From: an uncultured Gammaproteobacteria bacterium
Lineage (GTDB): Bacteria > Patescibacteriota > Patescibacteriia > Magasanikbacterales > GWA2-37-8
Direction: 5' to 3'
Assembly (NCBI GenBank): GCA_964356495.1
Contig: CAYHHR010000003.1
Coordinates: forward strand, 1 to 55,351
Length of the DNA stretch: 55,351 nt
The notes below the pieces were generated by a model, which was not told the DNA's origin, searched no databases, and saw only the letters and a list, made by a program, of their open reading frames with translations. Numbering within the stretch: position 1 is the first letter of the stretch; each line of letters opens with the position of its first letter. Position numbers and translations under genes: made by a program. Below, in pieces: positions 34,034-43,270 of the stretch.

Positions 34034-35837
34034 CCCGCCTCAGCTCCGCGATTACCGCTCGGATTTCTCCGTAGCTTACACTCTCGCCCAGCGTTTCCTT
34101 CAGAGGCGATAGGGGGTAGGAACCCAAGCTTCGCACGACGTTCGTAATTCGCGGAATTTTTGCCGCGGGGACAAGGTCGGTCACGTTCAGTTCGCCGGTT
34201 TCGACGTAGAAGGCCAGGTGAGATTCGATGGTGCTAGCGGCGAGATCGCGTAGCGCGGCGATCTGCGGTATTGTTTTTCCAAGTTTAAAAAAATCAAAAG
34301 AAACGGTTTTGGTGTCAGTTTCATGTTCGCGTTTTCCTCGGCGTTCGCGCTTCGGAATTTTTTCGGATATTTTGGAGGATAGACCGCGCACCGCGGAGTA
34401 GGACCGGATCGCGTTTAGAAAAAGCTGACCATATTTCGCGAGCTTAACGTCGCCGAAGCCGGAAATCTTCCTCATTTCGATGGCGCTCTGCGGCAGGTAG
34501 GTGGCAAGCTCGAGCAGAGTGGCGTCGGAGAAAATAATATAGGCCGGAACATTTTCCTCGCGCGCGAGGCGGTTGCGGAGATTTTTCAGTTCGGAGAATA
34601 AATCTTTTTCGTAGGCTTTCTCCGTCAGCGCTACTTCCTTCTTCGGCAGACATATATCGCAACTCGCGCAGGCGCCATCGTGCGCTTCGCCGAAATAATT
34701 TAGGATAATTTTTCGCCGGCAGGTTTTGGCTTCGCATAGGCCGGCCATCTGGCTAAGCTTATTTAGCATGATGCGGGACTGTTCGGGATTCCCCTCGACC
34801 CGCGCGAATTGTTGGAGTTTGAAGACATCGCCGGTGCTGTAATACAGAAGCGCTTCACTCGGTAGTCCGTCGCGTCCGGCGCGGCCGGTTTCCTGGTAGT
34901 AGCCCTCGATATTTTTGGGGAGGTCGGCGTGGATGACGAAGCGGACGTTGGATTTGTTTATCCCCATGCCGAAGGCGATCGTCGCGACGATAATTTTTAC
35001 ATCGTCTCTCAGGAACAGTTCTTGATGCTTCTGCCGCAGTTCGCCGGTTAGGCCGGCATGGTAGGGTTTCGCCGAGAAACCGTCCTCTGCCAATTTGCCG
35101 GCCAGCTTCTCGGCTGAAGCGCGCGACAGGACATAAATTATGCCGGATTCATCGCGGCGACGATCGAGGTAGGCGGTGAGCCGGTCGTACATTCCCTTTT
35201 TGGGTTCGATAAAATAATTAATGTTTGGGCGGTTGAAGCTCGACACAAACACGGCGGGATTTTTCAGCTGTAATTTATTTAGGATATCTTCGCGCGTCAG
35301 TTTGTCGGCCGTGGCGGTAAGGGCGATCACCGGCACAGTTGGGAATTCTTTTTTGAGGGACGATAACATCCGATACTCCGGCCGGAAATCATGCCCCCAA
35401 TGTGAGATGCAGTGCGCTTCATCGATCGCGAATAGCGAAATGTTTACCTTTTTTAGAAAAGAAATAAATTGCTGGTCGGCGTGGTAGAGTTTTTCCGGCG
35501 CGACATAAAGAAATTTTAGTTCGCCGCGGTTGAGTTCGCGAAAAATTGTTTCGCGTTCCTCGGCAGTCAACGAGGAATTCAGATAGGCTGCTTTTATCCC
35601 GTTGATGCGAAGCGCGTCCACTTGATCCTTCATGAGGGCGATGAGCGGCGAGACTACTACTGTCAGCCCGCTCTGCATAATCCCCGGGATCTGATAACAC
35701 AGCGACTTCCCGCCGCCAGTCGGCAACAGCGCAAACGCATCCTGCCCCCTCAAAACCGTCTCAATGATTTTTTCCTGCTCAAATCGAAAGGAATCATAAC
35801 CGAATTTCGTTTTTAGAATTTGAAGCGCGGTAGTCAT
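34023..35837 (-). CDS. recQ: ATP-dependent DNA helicase RecQ
   Basis: 'FGYDSFR..Q..II', '[15 protein letters not shown]', '[15 protein letters not shown]', zinc-binding 'C....C..CD.C', and a C-terminal HRDC ('[11 protein letters not shown]'). Confidence 0.95.
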   Translation of the reverse strand: MTTALQILKTKFGYDSFRFEQEKIIETVLRGQDAFALLPTGGGKSLCYQIPGIMQSGLTVVVSPLIALMKDQVDALRINGIKAAYLNSSLTAEERETIFRELNRGELKFLYVAPEKLYHADQQFISFLKKVNISLFAIDEAHCISHWGHDFRPEYRMLSSLKKEFPTVPVIALTATADKLTREDILNKLQLKNPAVFVSSFNRPNINYFIEPKKGMYDRLTAYLDRRRDESGIIYVLSRASAEKLAGKLAEDGFSAKPYHAGLTGELRQKHQELFLRDDVKIIVATIAFGMGINKSNVRFVIHADLPKNIEGYYQETGRAGRDGLPSEALLYYSTGDVFKLQQFARVEGNPEQSRIMLNKLSQMAGLCEAKTCRRKIILNYFGEAHDGACASCDICLPKKEVALTEKAYEKDLFSELKNLRNRLAREENVPAYIIFSDATLLELATYLPQSAIEMRKISGFGDVKLAKYGQLFLNAIRSYSAVRGLSSKISEKIPKRERRGKREHETDTKTVSFDFFKLGKTIPQIAALRDLAASTIESHLAFYVETGELNVTDLVPAAKIPRITNVVRSLGSYPLSPLKETLGESVSYGEIRAVIAELRRVKY

Positions 35838-35975
35838 AGAATTTTAAGTGGCTTTATTTTAGCACAGACGCTAAAGTTTAGACAGCGCCCGATGTCATCG
35901 TTACCGAGTTGGATGGTGGTCAGAAACCAATCCGAGTGGTATAATAGCGCAAAGTGTGAGTTCAATATTAAATCT

Positions 35976-36167
35976 ATGAAATGGTACAAAAAACAAATGG
36001 ATCAGCTAAAAATCGCGAAATCGGAAGCGCCGAAGTCCAATTTCGAAGAAATTGCGAAGAAGACTTCTGGACATACTTTTGATGCCCGAAAAACCAGCGG
36101 CATGAAAACAAACATCAGTCCCGTGATGACCCGCAACCGAAACCGCCCCAAGACCGATTCGAAGTAG
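35976..36167 (+). CDS. Hypothetical 63-aa basic protein
   Basis: Internal ATG of the ORF at 35820. The upstream part of that ORF overlaps the recQ start and is unlikely to be coding. A TATAAT lies at ~35939. Confidence 0.3.
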   Translation: MKWYKKQMDQLKIAKSEAPKSNFEEIAKKTSGHTFDARKTSGMKTNISPVMTRNRNRPKTDSK

Positions 36168-36233
36168 GCTGGGTATTCCCAAGATTTTCATCTTGGTGTA
36201 TAGTATAGATACTTTTAAATTAAACCTATATAT

Positions 36234-36584
36234 ATGGATCAACAAATAACGCCAAATCCAGCCGTCCCGCAAATGCCAGCTGAAGGGCCAAAGAAGAATA
36301 CGTTCATGGTAATCGCTACTTACGTGTTATTTTTTGTTCCATTCCTTGATGAAAAAATGAAAAATGACCCATTTATGCGTTTTCACGCGAGGCAAAGCCT
36401 GGGGCTTCTCCTTTGCTGGGTGGCAGTCATGATTATTGGGGAGGTGCCATTTGTGTGGATGGTTGCGCCAATCTTACAGCTATTTATCTTCGTTTTATGG
36501 GTTATTGCCGTAGTTAAAGCCACTCAGGGTAAGCAGGAATCGGTTCCATTGCTTGGTGAAATATTCAAGAAAATCAACATTTAA
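36234..36584 (+). CDS. DUF4870-like small membrane protein
   Basis: 'MRFHARQSLGLLL' motif between TM helices. Confidence 0.5.
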   Translation: MDQQITPNPAVPQMPAEGPKKNTFMVIATYVLFFVPFLDEKMKNDPFMRFHARQSLGLLLCWVAVMIIGEVPFVWMVAPILQLFIFVLWVIAVVKATQGKQESVPLLGEIFKKINI

Positions 36585-36622
36585 CTCTGGACAAAATTGC
36601 TGAAAATTGCTATTATATTGGC

Positions 36623-37096
36623 ATGAAAAATTTTTCGCGGAAAATTTCCTGGGTAACTCTGATTGCCACAATTTCGGTGATGGCGTTGCTTTATATTTGT
36701 CCGATGGAGATGGCCGGTAGTGGAAAGCTCTCGATGGCCGCCGCCGTTCACAATTCGTGTGAGAACACCCCGGCCTCGGCAGGAACATTTAGTTTAAGCA
36801 AATTTAATTCGACCGGCGATTGCGCCAATGCTCGGCTCGCTTTAGTCGGACAAACATTGAAAAATTTGACCGGCGCGTCGGGATCTTTTTATTTGATGAT
36901 GGTGTTGTCAGTTTTAGTTATTTATTTTTTTACCAGGATCCGCCGGAATTTTTTAACCGGTGCTTTGCGATCTTTCTTGATCCGCGCGCAATATTTACGT
37001 CGGCGTTACCGCGCGTCAACTCGATTTTTAGTAGAGAAAAAATTGCGGCGTTATTTGAGTTTGCTTGGAAATTACACGGTCGTTTCGATTGGTTAG
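36623..37096 (+). CDS. 2-TM membrane protein with an extracytoplasmic Cys pair and a basic C-terminal tail (paralogue of 42750-43178)
   Basis: TM1, then Cys46 and Cys67, then TM2, then an Arg-rich amphipathic tail. Same architecture as the ORF at 42750. Confidence 0.55.
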   Translation: MKNFSRKISWVTLIATISVMALLYICPMEMAGSGKLSMAAAVHNSCENTPASAGTFSLSKFNSTGDCANARLALVGQTLKNLTGASGSFYLMMVLSVLVIYFFTRIRRNFLTGALRSFLIRAQYLRRRYRASTRFLVEKKLRRYLSLLGNYTVVSIG

Positions 37097-37184
37097 TTTT
37101 TCTATTCTGATGATAGTTTCGTTTTTGATAGAAAAGCTAATGTCGACGCGATTTTTTTAATTTTATTTTCTATATTCTCTAGCT

Positions 37185-38606
37185 ATGAATAAACTTAAGG
37201 TTCCAATCAAAGGGATGCACTGCGCTTCGTGCGAAATTCTGATTGGCGAGAGCCTGAAAGAATTGCCAGGCGTTAGTATGGTGAAGGTTGATCAGAAACG
37301 CGGCGAGGCGGAGATCCATTACAGAGACGGACAGCCGTCTGACACAGAAATCCGGAGGAAGATTCAGGATGCCGGTTATGATGTCGGCAATAAAGAAAAG
37401 TTAGCTTGGTTCTCCACTAATCCGAGGGATTATAAGGATTTGTTGCGCGCGGCCGTGATACTTTATGTTATCTATTTGATCGCCAAATGGCTGAATTTAT
37501 TCAGTCTCGATGTCGACAGTTCGCGAAACAGCGGCGTCTTCGTGGCGTTGTTTGTCGGTTTGGTCGCGGGAGTCTCCACTTGCATGGCATTGGTTGGCGG
37601 GTTGGTACTGGGCCTCTCCGCTCGGCACGCCGAACTTCATCCGGAAGCGACCGCGCTCCAAAAATTTCGTCCGCACATCTACTTCAATATTGGCCGTATC
37701 ATAGGTTACGCGATTCTCGGCGGCGTGATTGGCCTTCTCGGAGCGGTCTTCCGACCTTCGACCAACTTGCTTGGATTTCTTACGATGGTTATCGGCGGCG
37801 TGATGGTATTTTTCGGCCTGAAGTTGATCGAAATATTTCCGGTATTGAAAGACAAGAGCATCACCTTGCCGGCCGGCATCGCGCGGATATTCGGTCTTCA
37901 CAAGGAAGTTAAGGAATACAGCCCTAAAGGTTCGATGCTCATGGGCGGTCTGACTTTTTTCTTGCCGTGCGGGTTTACTCAGGCGATGCAGCTCTACGCG
38001 GTTTCGACCGGCAGTTTTTGGCAGGGCATGGCGATCATGGGGCTCTTTGCGATTGGCACGGCGCCTGGCCTCCTCGGTATCGGCGGACTTACTTCGATAT
38101 TTAAAGGACGCAAAGCAAGAATATTCTTTATGACGGCCGGGTTGGCGGTGATCATTCTCGGTTCGGTCAATATTGCAAACGGCAGCCGTTTGTTCGGCGG
38201 CGGTTCGGCTTCGTCTGATCAGGCGACCGCGACCAGCGATATTCAGGAAGTCAGGATGACCCAGACTGGCGGCGGCTATAGTCCGAATGTTTTCACGGTA
38301 GTGAAAGGTAAAACTGTGCGATGGATTATCGATTCCAAATCGTCTTTTTCCTGCGCTTCTTCGATCGTGATGCCGAAGTTCGGTATCAGCAAATCTCTTA
38401 GTCCAGGAGAAAATATTATTGAATTCACTCCCACTGAAGCCGGGGAAATTCCGTTTTCCTGTTCGATGGGGATGTATCGCGGAAAATTTATTGTGATTGA
38501 CTCAGACGGTTCTGCTGTAGCGCCGGCGAAGACTGAGGCGCTTGGCGGTAGTTGCGGTGGGGGAGCCGGCGGCGGTTGTGGCGGGTGCGGGGGAGGAAAG
38601 TCATAG
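37185..38606 (+). CDS. Fusion protein: HMA metal-binding domain + TauE/SafE-(DsbD_2)-like permease + cupredoxin-like domain + Cys/Gly tail
   Basis: 'GMHCASCE' in the HMA domain. About 6 TM helices with 'FFLPCGFTQAMQ'. C-terminal 'YSPNVFTVVKGKTVRW...FSCSMGMYRGKFIVID'. Tail is 'GGSCGGGAGGGCGGCGGGKS'. Confidence 0.7.
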   Translation: MNKLKVPIKGMHCASCEILIGESLKELPGVSMVKVDQKRGEAEIHYRDGQPSDTEIRRKIQDAGYDVGNKEKLAWFSTNPRDYKDLLRAAVILYVIYLIAKWLNLFSLDVDSSRNSGVFVALFVGLVAGVSTCMALVGGLVLGLSARHAELHPEATALQKFRPHIYFNIGRIIGYAILGGVIGLLGAVFRPSTNLLGFLTMVIGGVMVFFGLKLIEIFPVLKDKSITLPAGIARIFGLHKEVKEYSPKGSMLMGGLTFFLPCGFTQAMQLYAVSTGSFWQGMAIMGLFAIGTAPGLLGIGGLTSIFKGRKARIFFMTAGLAVIILGSVNIANGSRLFGGGSASSDQATATSDIQEVRMTQTGGGYSPNVFTVVKGKTVRWIIDSKSSFSCASSIVMPKFGISKSLSPGENIIEFTPTEAGEIPFSCSMGMYRGKFIVIDSDGSAVAPAKTEALGGSCGGGAGGGCGGCGGGKS

Positions 38607-38635
38607 CTTGGTTTAAACTAATACTATTAATTTAT

Positions 38636-38848
38636 ATGCCGCAAATGAAATTCAAAATTACTAATTTGACCTGTGAGGCGTGCGTGAAGATCTCGAAAAT
38701 GGAGCTAGGCGATATTTCCGGCGTAACTGATGTTTCTATTGATCAGAAGTCTGGCATCGTGAATCTTAGTACCGAGAGGGAAATAGCCTGGTCGGAAATT
38801 GAATCTGCGCTGAGAGCAGCCGGCAAGACCGTCGAAAAAATTAATTAA
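38636..38848 (+). CDS. copZ: Copper chaperone CopZ-like HMA protein
   Basis: '[13 protein letters not shown]'. The ATG at 38636 is preferred, because the ORF-track start at 38552 overlaps the upstream gene. Confidence 0.75.
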   Translation: MPQMKFKITNLTCEACVKISKMELGDISGVTDVSIDQKSGIVNLSTEREIAWSEIESALRAAGKTVEKIN

Positions 38849-38852
38849 GTAT

Positions 38853-41276
38853 ATGCAGGAAAAGATATCTCTTCAAATTAGCGGGATGCACTGCGCTTCC
38901 TGCGCCGGCCTTATTGAAAGAAGTCTTCGGAAAGTTTCAGGCGCGGTAAACGCCAATGTTAACTTCGCCGCCGAAAAAGCGCACGTGGTTTATGATGCGT
39001 CGCTGGCTTCTCCGGACCAACTAATCGCGGCCGTGGTGAAAGCCGGTTATAAAGCGAATCTAATTACCAAAAACGATCCTGAGGCGGAACGACGGCAAAG
39101 GGAGGACGTTTTGAAAGGATACGCGAAAAGATTCTGGTGGAGTTTTGCTTTGAGTTTGCCGATGCTCTATTTCATGTTTCTTGATTTCTTTGCCTTTATT
39201 CCGGGGCGGGTTTTTCTGCTGCCTTACATCGGCGTGATTTCGCTCATACTTACCATTCCGGTGCAGTTCATAATCGGCGCCGGATTTTACAAAGGGATGT
39301 GGAGCAGTCTCCGAATGAAGACGTTTAACATGGATAGTCTGATCGCGATCGGGACTAGCACCGCTTTCTTCTATAGCCTGGCGCAGTTTCTGTATTATGT
39401 GGCGCGAACCGGAAGTGTAATTGGTCTAGATGGCATGAAAATTCCCGAACTTTATTTTGAGACGGCGGCGTTTCTGATCACGTTTGTCATCCTTGGGAAA
39501 TGGCTTGAGGCCAAAACCAAAGGCCGGACTTCGGAGGCGATAAAAAAATTAATAGGTCTTCAGCCTAAAACGGCACGCGTGAAATTTCCAATTTCCAATT
39601 CCCAATTTCCAGGCGAAAGTAGTGTAGAGTATAAAGAAAAGGATGTTTCTATTGAAGATGTTAAAGTAGGTGATATTATTGTCGTTAGGCCGGGAGAAAA
39701 AATTCCGGTTGACGGTACGGTGAGTAAAGGACAGTCGAGCGTGGATGAATCAATGATTACCGGAGAAAGTATCCCGGTGGAGAAGATGGCGGGTTCAATT
39801 GTTATTGGCGCCACGATAAATAAACACGGCAGCTTCGAATTTACCGCTACTAAAGTTGGAAGTGAAACGGCGCTGGCGCAAATTATCCGCGTCGTGGAGG
39901 AAGCCCAGGGTTCCAAGGCCCCGATTCAAGCTTTCGCTGATAAAATTTCCGCTTACTTTGTGCCACTAGTGATTGGCATCGCTGTGCTCACTTTTTTGGT
40001 TTGGTTTTTTGCTCTTGGCGCAACACTGACGTTTGCTCTGATGGCATTTACTTCGGTCATCGTGATTGCCTGCCCCTGCGCGCTCGGGCTCGCGACACCG
40101 ACCGCCATCATGGTCGGTACCGGAAAAGGCGCGGAATATGGCGTGCTCATCAAGGGTGGGGAACCGCTGGAGGCGGCTTGTAAAATAAAAGCGGTTGTCT
40201 TCGACAAAACTGGCACTCTCACCAAAGGAAAACCGGAGGTGACAGACATTTTGGAAATCTCAAATCCCAATTTCCAAATCCCAAATAAATCACAAAATCC
40301 AAATGATCAAATTCTCCAACTCGCCGCTTCGATTGAAAACTTATCGGAGCATCCTCTCGCTGAAGCTATCGTCCGAGCAGCAAGAGAAAAAAATTTGGCT
40401 TTGCTGGAAGTTACAAATTTTCGCGCCGTTCCCGGACATGGCGTCGAAGGTGTTCTCGCCGGTAAAAAATATTTTCTCGGCAATCGGAAGCTGATTACCG
40501 ATCTGGTTGGTCTAAATAGCGCCGCGGTAGAAAAAGTTGAACATAAAATTTGCAGGCTGGAAGAAGGCGGTAAAACCGTGATGATCCTCGCGTCGGAGCG
40601 GGAAATTCTTGGTTTGGTCGCGGTGGCTGATACGATTAAGGAAACTACGGTCGAGGCGGTGGAAGCTCTGCAAAAAATTGGCATCCAGGTATTTATGATC
40701 ACCGGCGACAATCGCCGCACCGCCGAGGCGATTGCGAAAATAGCAGGAATAAAAAATGTGCTGGCCGAAGTTTTACCAGAAGACAAAGCCAATGAAGTGA
40801 AAAAACTTCAAGGCACGGGAGTAAAAGTTGCGATGGTTGGCGATGGTATTAATGACGCGCCCGCCTTGGCGCAAGCTGATCTCGGTATTGCGATGGGTTC
40901 GGGAACGGACGTGGCGATGGAGACGGGCGGAATCGTAATTATCAAGAATGATTTACGCGATGTGCTTACCGCCATCAATCTCAGCCGTGAAACTATGAGC
41001 AAGATCAAACAAAATATGTTTTTCGCGCTCTTCTATAATGTGATCGGCATCCCGATCGCCGCGCGCGTCTTTGTTTCGTTTGGTTTGGTGCTAAAGCCGG
41101 AGTTGGCGGGGCTTGCTATGGCTTTCAGTTCAGTGTCGGTTGTTTCCAACTCGCTTTTCTTGCGCGGTTTCCGGCCGGGTAAACGCAACTGGTTGTCGAC
41201 GCTCGCGCCGTTTGCGATGGCGATATTATTCACGGCAGTGTTTTTTCTGTTTGCGCGTTTGAGTCAGATGAACTAA
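38853..41276 (+). CDS. copA: Cu(I)-translocating P1B-1-type ATPase
   Basis: N-terminal 'GMHCASC' HMA, 'TGES', '[11 protein letters not shown]', 'DKTGTLT', '[11 protein letters not shown]'. Confidence 0.95.
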   Translation: MQEKISLQISGMHCASCAGLIERSLRKVSGAVNANVNFAAEKAHVVYDASLASPDQLIAAVVKAGYKANLITKNDPEAERRQREDVLKGYAKRFWWSFALSLPMLYFMFLDFFAFIPGRVFLLPYIGVISLILTIPVQFIIGAGFYKGMWSSLRMKTFNMDSLIAIGTSTAFFYSLAQFLYYVARTGSVIGLDGMKIPELYFETAAFLITFVILGKWLEAKTKGRTSEAIKKLIGLQPKTARVKFPISNSQFPGESSVEYKEKDVSIEDVKVGDIIVVRPGEKIPVDGTVSKGQSSVDESMITGESIPVEKMAGSIVIGATINKHGSFEFTATKVGSETALAQIIRVVEEAQGSKAPIQAFADKISAYFVPLVIGIAVLTFLVWFFALGATLTFALMAFTSVIVIACPCALGLATPTAIMVGTGKGAEYGVLIKGGEPLEAACKIKAVVFDKTGTLTKGKPEVTDILEISNPNFQIPNKSQNPNDQILQLAASIENLSEHPLAEAIVRAAREKNLALLEVTNFRAVPGHGVEGVLAGKKYFLGNRKLITDLVGLNSAAVEKVEHKICRLEEGGKTVMILASEREILGLVAVADTIKETTVEAVEALQKIGIQVFMITGDNRRTAEAIAKIAGIKNVLAEVLPEDKANEVKKLQGTGVKVAMVGDGINDAPALAQADLGIAMGSGTDVAMETGGIVIIKNDLRDVLTAINLSRETMSKIKQNMFFALFYNVIGIPIAARVFVSFGLVLKPELAGLAMAFSSVSVVSNSLFLRGFRPGKRNWLSTLAPFAMAILFTAVFFLFARLSQMN
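39583..39610 (+). repeat. In-frame heptamer array inside copA (AATTTCC AATTTCC AATTCCC AATTTCC)
   Basis: Read directly. Encodes '[10 protein letters not shown]' just before the conserved 'V..GD...V.PGE.IP.DG' block. Confidence 0.85.
40255..40303 (+). repeat. Second in-frame heptamer array inside copA (AAATCTC AAATCCC AATTTCC AAATCCC AAATAAA ...)
   Basis: Read directly. Encodes '[16 protein letters not shown]' right after '[15 protein letters not shown]'. Confidence 0.85.
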
Positions 41277-41286
41277 TCAAAATTAT

Positions 41287-41379
41287 ATGACATTCAAATT
41301 GCGTAAAAATAATCGAACAATTTTGGTTGTCCTCGGGATCGCGGCGGCGGTTGTTGGGTTTAAACTTCGAAAGGTATGA
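41287..41379 (+). CDS. Possible 30-aa single-TM peptide, translationally coupled to the YibE/F gene
   Basis: Hand translation: MTFKLRKNNRTILVVLGIAAAVVGFKLRKV. Its stop overlaps the ATG at 41376 (ATGA). Confidence 0.3.
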   Translation: MTFKLRKNNRTILVVLGIAAAVVGFKLRKV

Positions 41380-42518
41380 TCAAAATTCAGAAATTAAATT
41401 CGGCAATTGTTTTGGCGGTTTCGGTTTTTGGAATTCTTCTGGCGGCGCCGGCCTTCGCGGCTCAGGGTACCGCTGATAGTTCAGGAAATCGGAGTGATGT
41501 TTATGAGCGTGCCAGGGTAATTTCTGTTTCGACCGGCACGGTCTCCTCCGGACTTCTGGAAGACGGCGCGACCGGCAAAGGACCGGCTGGTTTGGTAGCC
41601 GAGGTTGAGGTTATCGGCGGCGATGACAAAGGAAAACTAATGACCGCGCAATATGAAATCGGTATTGCCGGGAAACTCGCCGCCGGAGACGAAGTAGTGA
41701 TAAACAAACCGGGCGGTGACGAAAATTCCGCTTACGTCGTTGATCCGTACCGCCTCAATCGTTTGTCATGGTTCATTCTGTTGTTCTTCGCGGTGGCGAT
41801 TTATTTTGGAAGGCGTCGCGGATTATTCGCTATTCTCGGTCTAGTCATCAGCGTATTCATTATCTTCTATTATTTGGTACCGAGAATTATCGCCGGCGGC
41901 AGTCCGCTCGGCGTTAGCTTGGTGGCCGCTTTCTTCATCACTGTCATTTCCTTGTTCGTGGCGCACGGAATTTCGAAACGGACCGCGATCGCTTTCGTTA
42001 GTACGATTCTCTCGCTCGTGATTGCGATCGTGACGGATTTGGTTTTGGTGTACTCCACGAAACTGACCGGGACCGGTTCGGAGGAGGCGGTCTATCTGCA
42101 ATTTGGTACCAGCCCGGTTGACCTGCAGGGAATTTTGCTGGCGGGCATACTGATCGGCGTGCTTGGGATTTTGGACGACATTACCACCGCGCAGGCGGCG
42201 TGCGTCGAGGAAATTCATAATGCCAACCCGTCATTCTCTATGAAGGAACTTTATCGGCGCGGCTTGTCGGTGGGCAGGGAACACATTGCTTCCCTCATCA
42301 ACACTTTGGTATTAGCCTATGTCGGTATTTCATTGCCGATGATACTTCTAATCATGTCTAGTAAAGGCGGGACCTTGTGGGTGGTGATGAACAGCGGTTT
42401 CATGGCGGAGGAAATTGTTCGGACGCTGGTCGGCAGTTTGGTGCTGGTCGTCGCCGTGCCACTAACGACATTTTTGGCTTCCTACTTGTATAGTCGTCCC
42501 AAAAGTGGTATGATGTAA
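41376..42518 (+). CDS. YibE/F-family polytopic membrane protein
   Basis: Signal peptide/TM, a soluble ~100-aa domain, then TM helices. 'DLQGILLAGILIGVLGILDDITTAQAACVEEI....NP' and 'INTLVLAYVGISLPMILL' match my recollection of the YibE/F signature. Confidence 0.65.
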   Translation: MIKIQKLNSAIVLAVSVFGILLAAPAFAAQGTADSSGNRSDVYERARVISVSTGTVSSGLLEDGATGKGPAGLVAEVEVIGGDDKGKLMTAQYEIGIAGKLAAGDEVVINKPGGDENSAYVVDPYRLNRLSWFILLFFAVAIYFGRRRGLFAILGLVISVFIIFYYLVPRIIAGGSPLGVSLVAAFFITVISLFVAHGISKRTAIAFVSTILSLVIAIVTDLVLVYSTKLTGTGSEEAVYLQFGTSPVDLQGILLAGILIGVLGILDDITTAQAACVEEIHNANPSFSMKELYRRGLSVGREHIASLINTLVLAYVGISLPMILLIMSSKGGTLWVVMNSGFMAEEIVRTLVGSLVLVVAVPLTTFLASYLYSRPKSGMM

Positions 42519-42552
42519 GCGAAATTAACTGATTACTAATATTTATTCTATA

Positions 42553-42729
42553 TGGTTTACATTGTAAAAAATACTGATGAAAAAATTCCCGCTGAAGCGC
42601 CGATCGAGGGTGGTAAAGTATTAAATCAACTTAGCCCGAAAACTGCGCTGGTTGTTGGGCTGGTCGGGTCTGTCATGGCGCTATGCACTGTCGGTTTTGT
42701 CGTGTTACTTTGGTTGGTGTTTAGATAGT
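42553..42729 (+). CDS. Possible 58-aa C-terminally anchored membrane peptide
   Basis: Hand translation: MVYIVKNTDEKIPAEAPIEGGKVLNQLSPKTALVVGLVGSVMALCTVGFVVLLWLVFR. Confidence 0.3.
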
Positions 42730-42749
42730 TGGCTCACTAAATATTCAAA

Positions 42750-43178
42750 ATGAAAAAGCTGGCAAAAAAATTCATCGAATTTTCAGCAATAATTATTATT
42801 GCCAGTATTTTGTTTTGCCTATCAAGCCCGCTGTTATCATCTGGAAGCCTAGACGCGGCCTGTGAATCGAAAATAGGATCCTCAGTTCACGACAGTAAAA
42901 TGAGCGGCAACGCGGCATGCGCCGAGAAGCATTCTGAAATGATCCGTTATGCCTTTAATTTTGTTTTTTCGTTTAACATCCTGGCTTCAATCCTCGTAGT
43001 GGTGGTGGTATTTTACGGTTTCTTTTCACGCAAGTCGTTAACCCTTAGCATGGAGTCGTATTTAATTAAACTTAATTTTTATTGGCACAAACACCGAATT
43101 CTAATAAAACCTAAATTAAATAAAATATATTTACGCTGGTTTAATTTAATCGGCGGCGCAGTCGCTTTAAGTCTTTAG
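42750..43178 (+). CDS. 2-TM membrane protein with a Cys pair (paralogue of 36623-37096)
   Basis: TM1, then Cys38 and Cys57, then TM2, then a basic amphipathic tail. Heads the RND module. Confidence 0.55.
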   Translation: MKKLAKKFIEFSAIIIIASILFCLSSPLLSSGSLDAACESKIGSSVHDSKMSGNAACAEKHSEMIRYAFNFVFSFNILASILVVVVVFYGFFSRKSLTLSMESYLIKLNFYWHKHRILIKPKLNKIYLRWFNLIGGAVALSL

Positions 43179-43270
43179 CTTTCTATATCCTCTCCATTAG
43201 GGTGAGTTTTTGATAGCAAGGCTAAATATTTAAGCGATTTTTTGTTATAACTAATTATCGATCAATCAAT

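Noticed and set aside
39583-40303. Short periodic repeats that might be mistaken for a CRISPR array or a minisatellite locus.
   Set aside because: The repeat unit is only 7 nt, there are no spacers, and the repeats are in frame inside copA. No array of 24-40-nt repeats with unique spacers exists anywhere in the window, and there are no cas genes.
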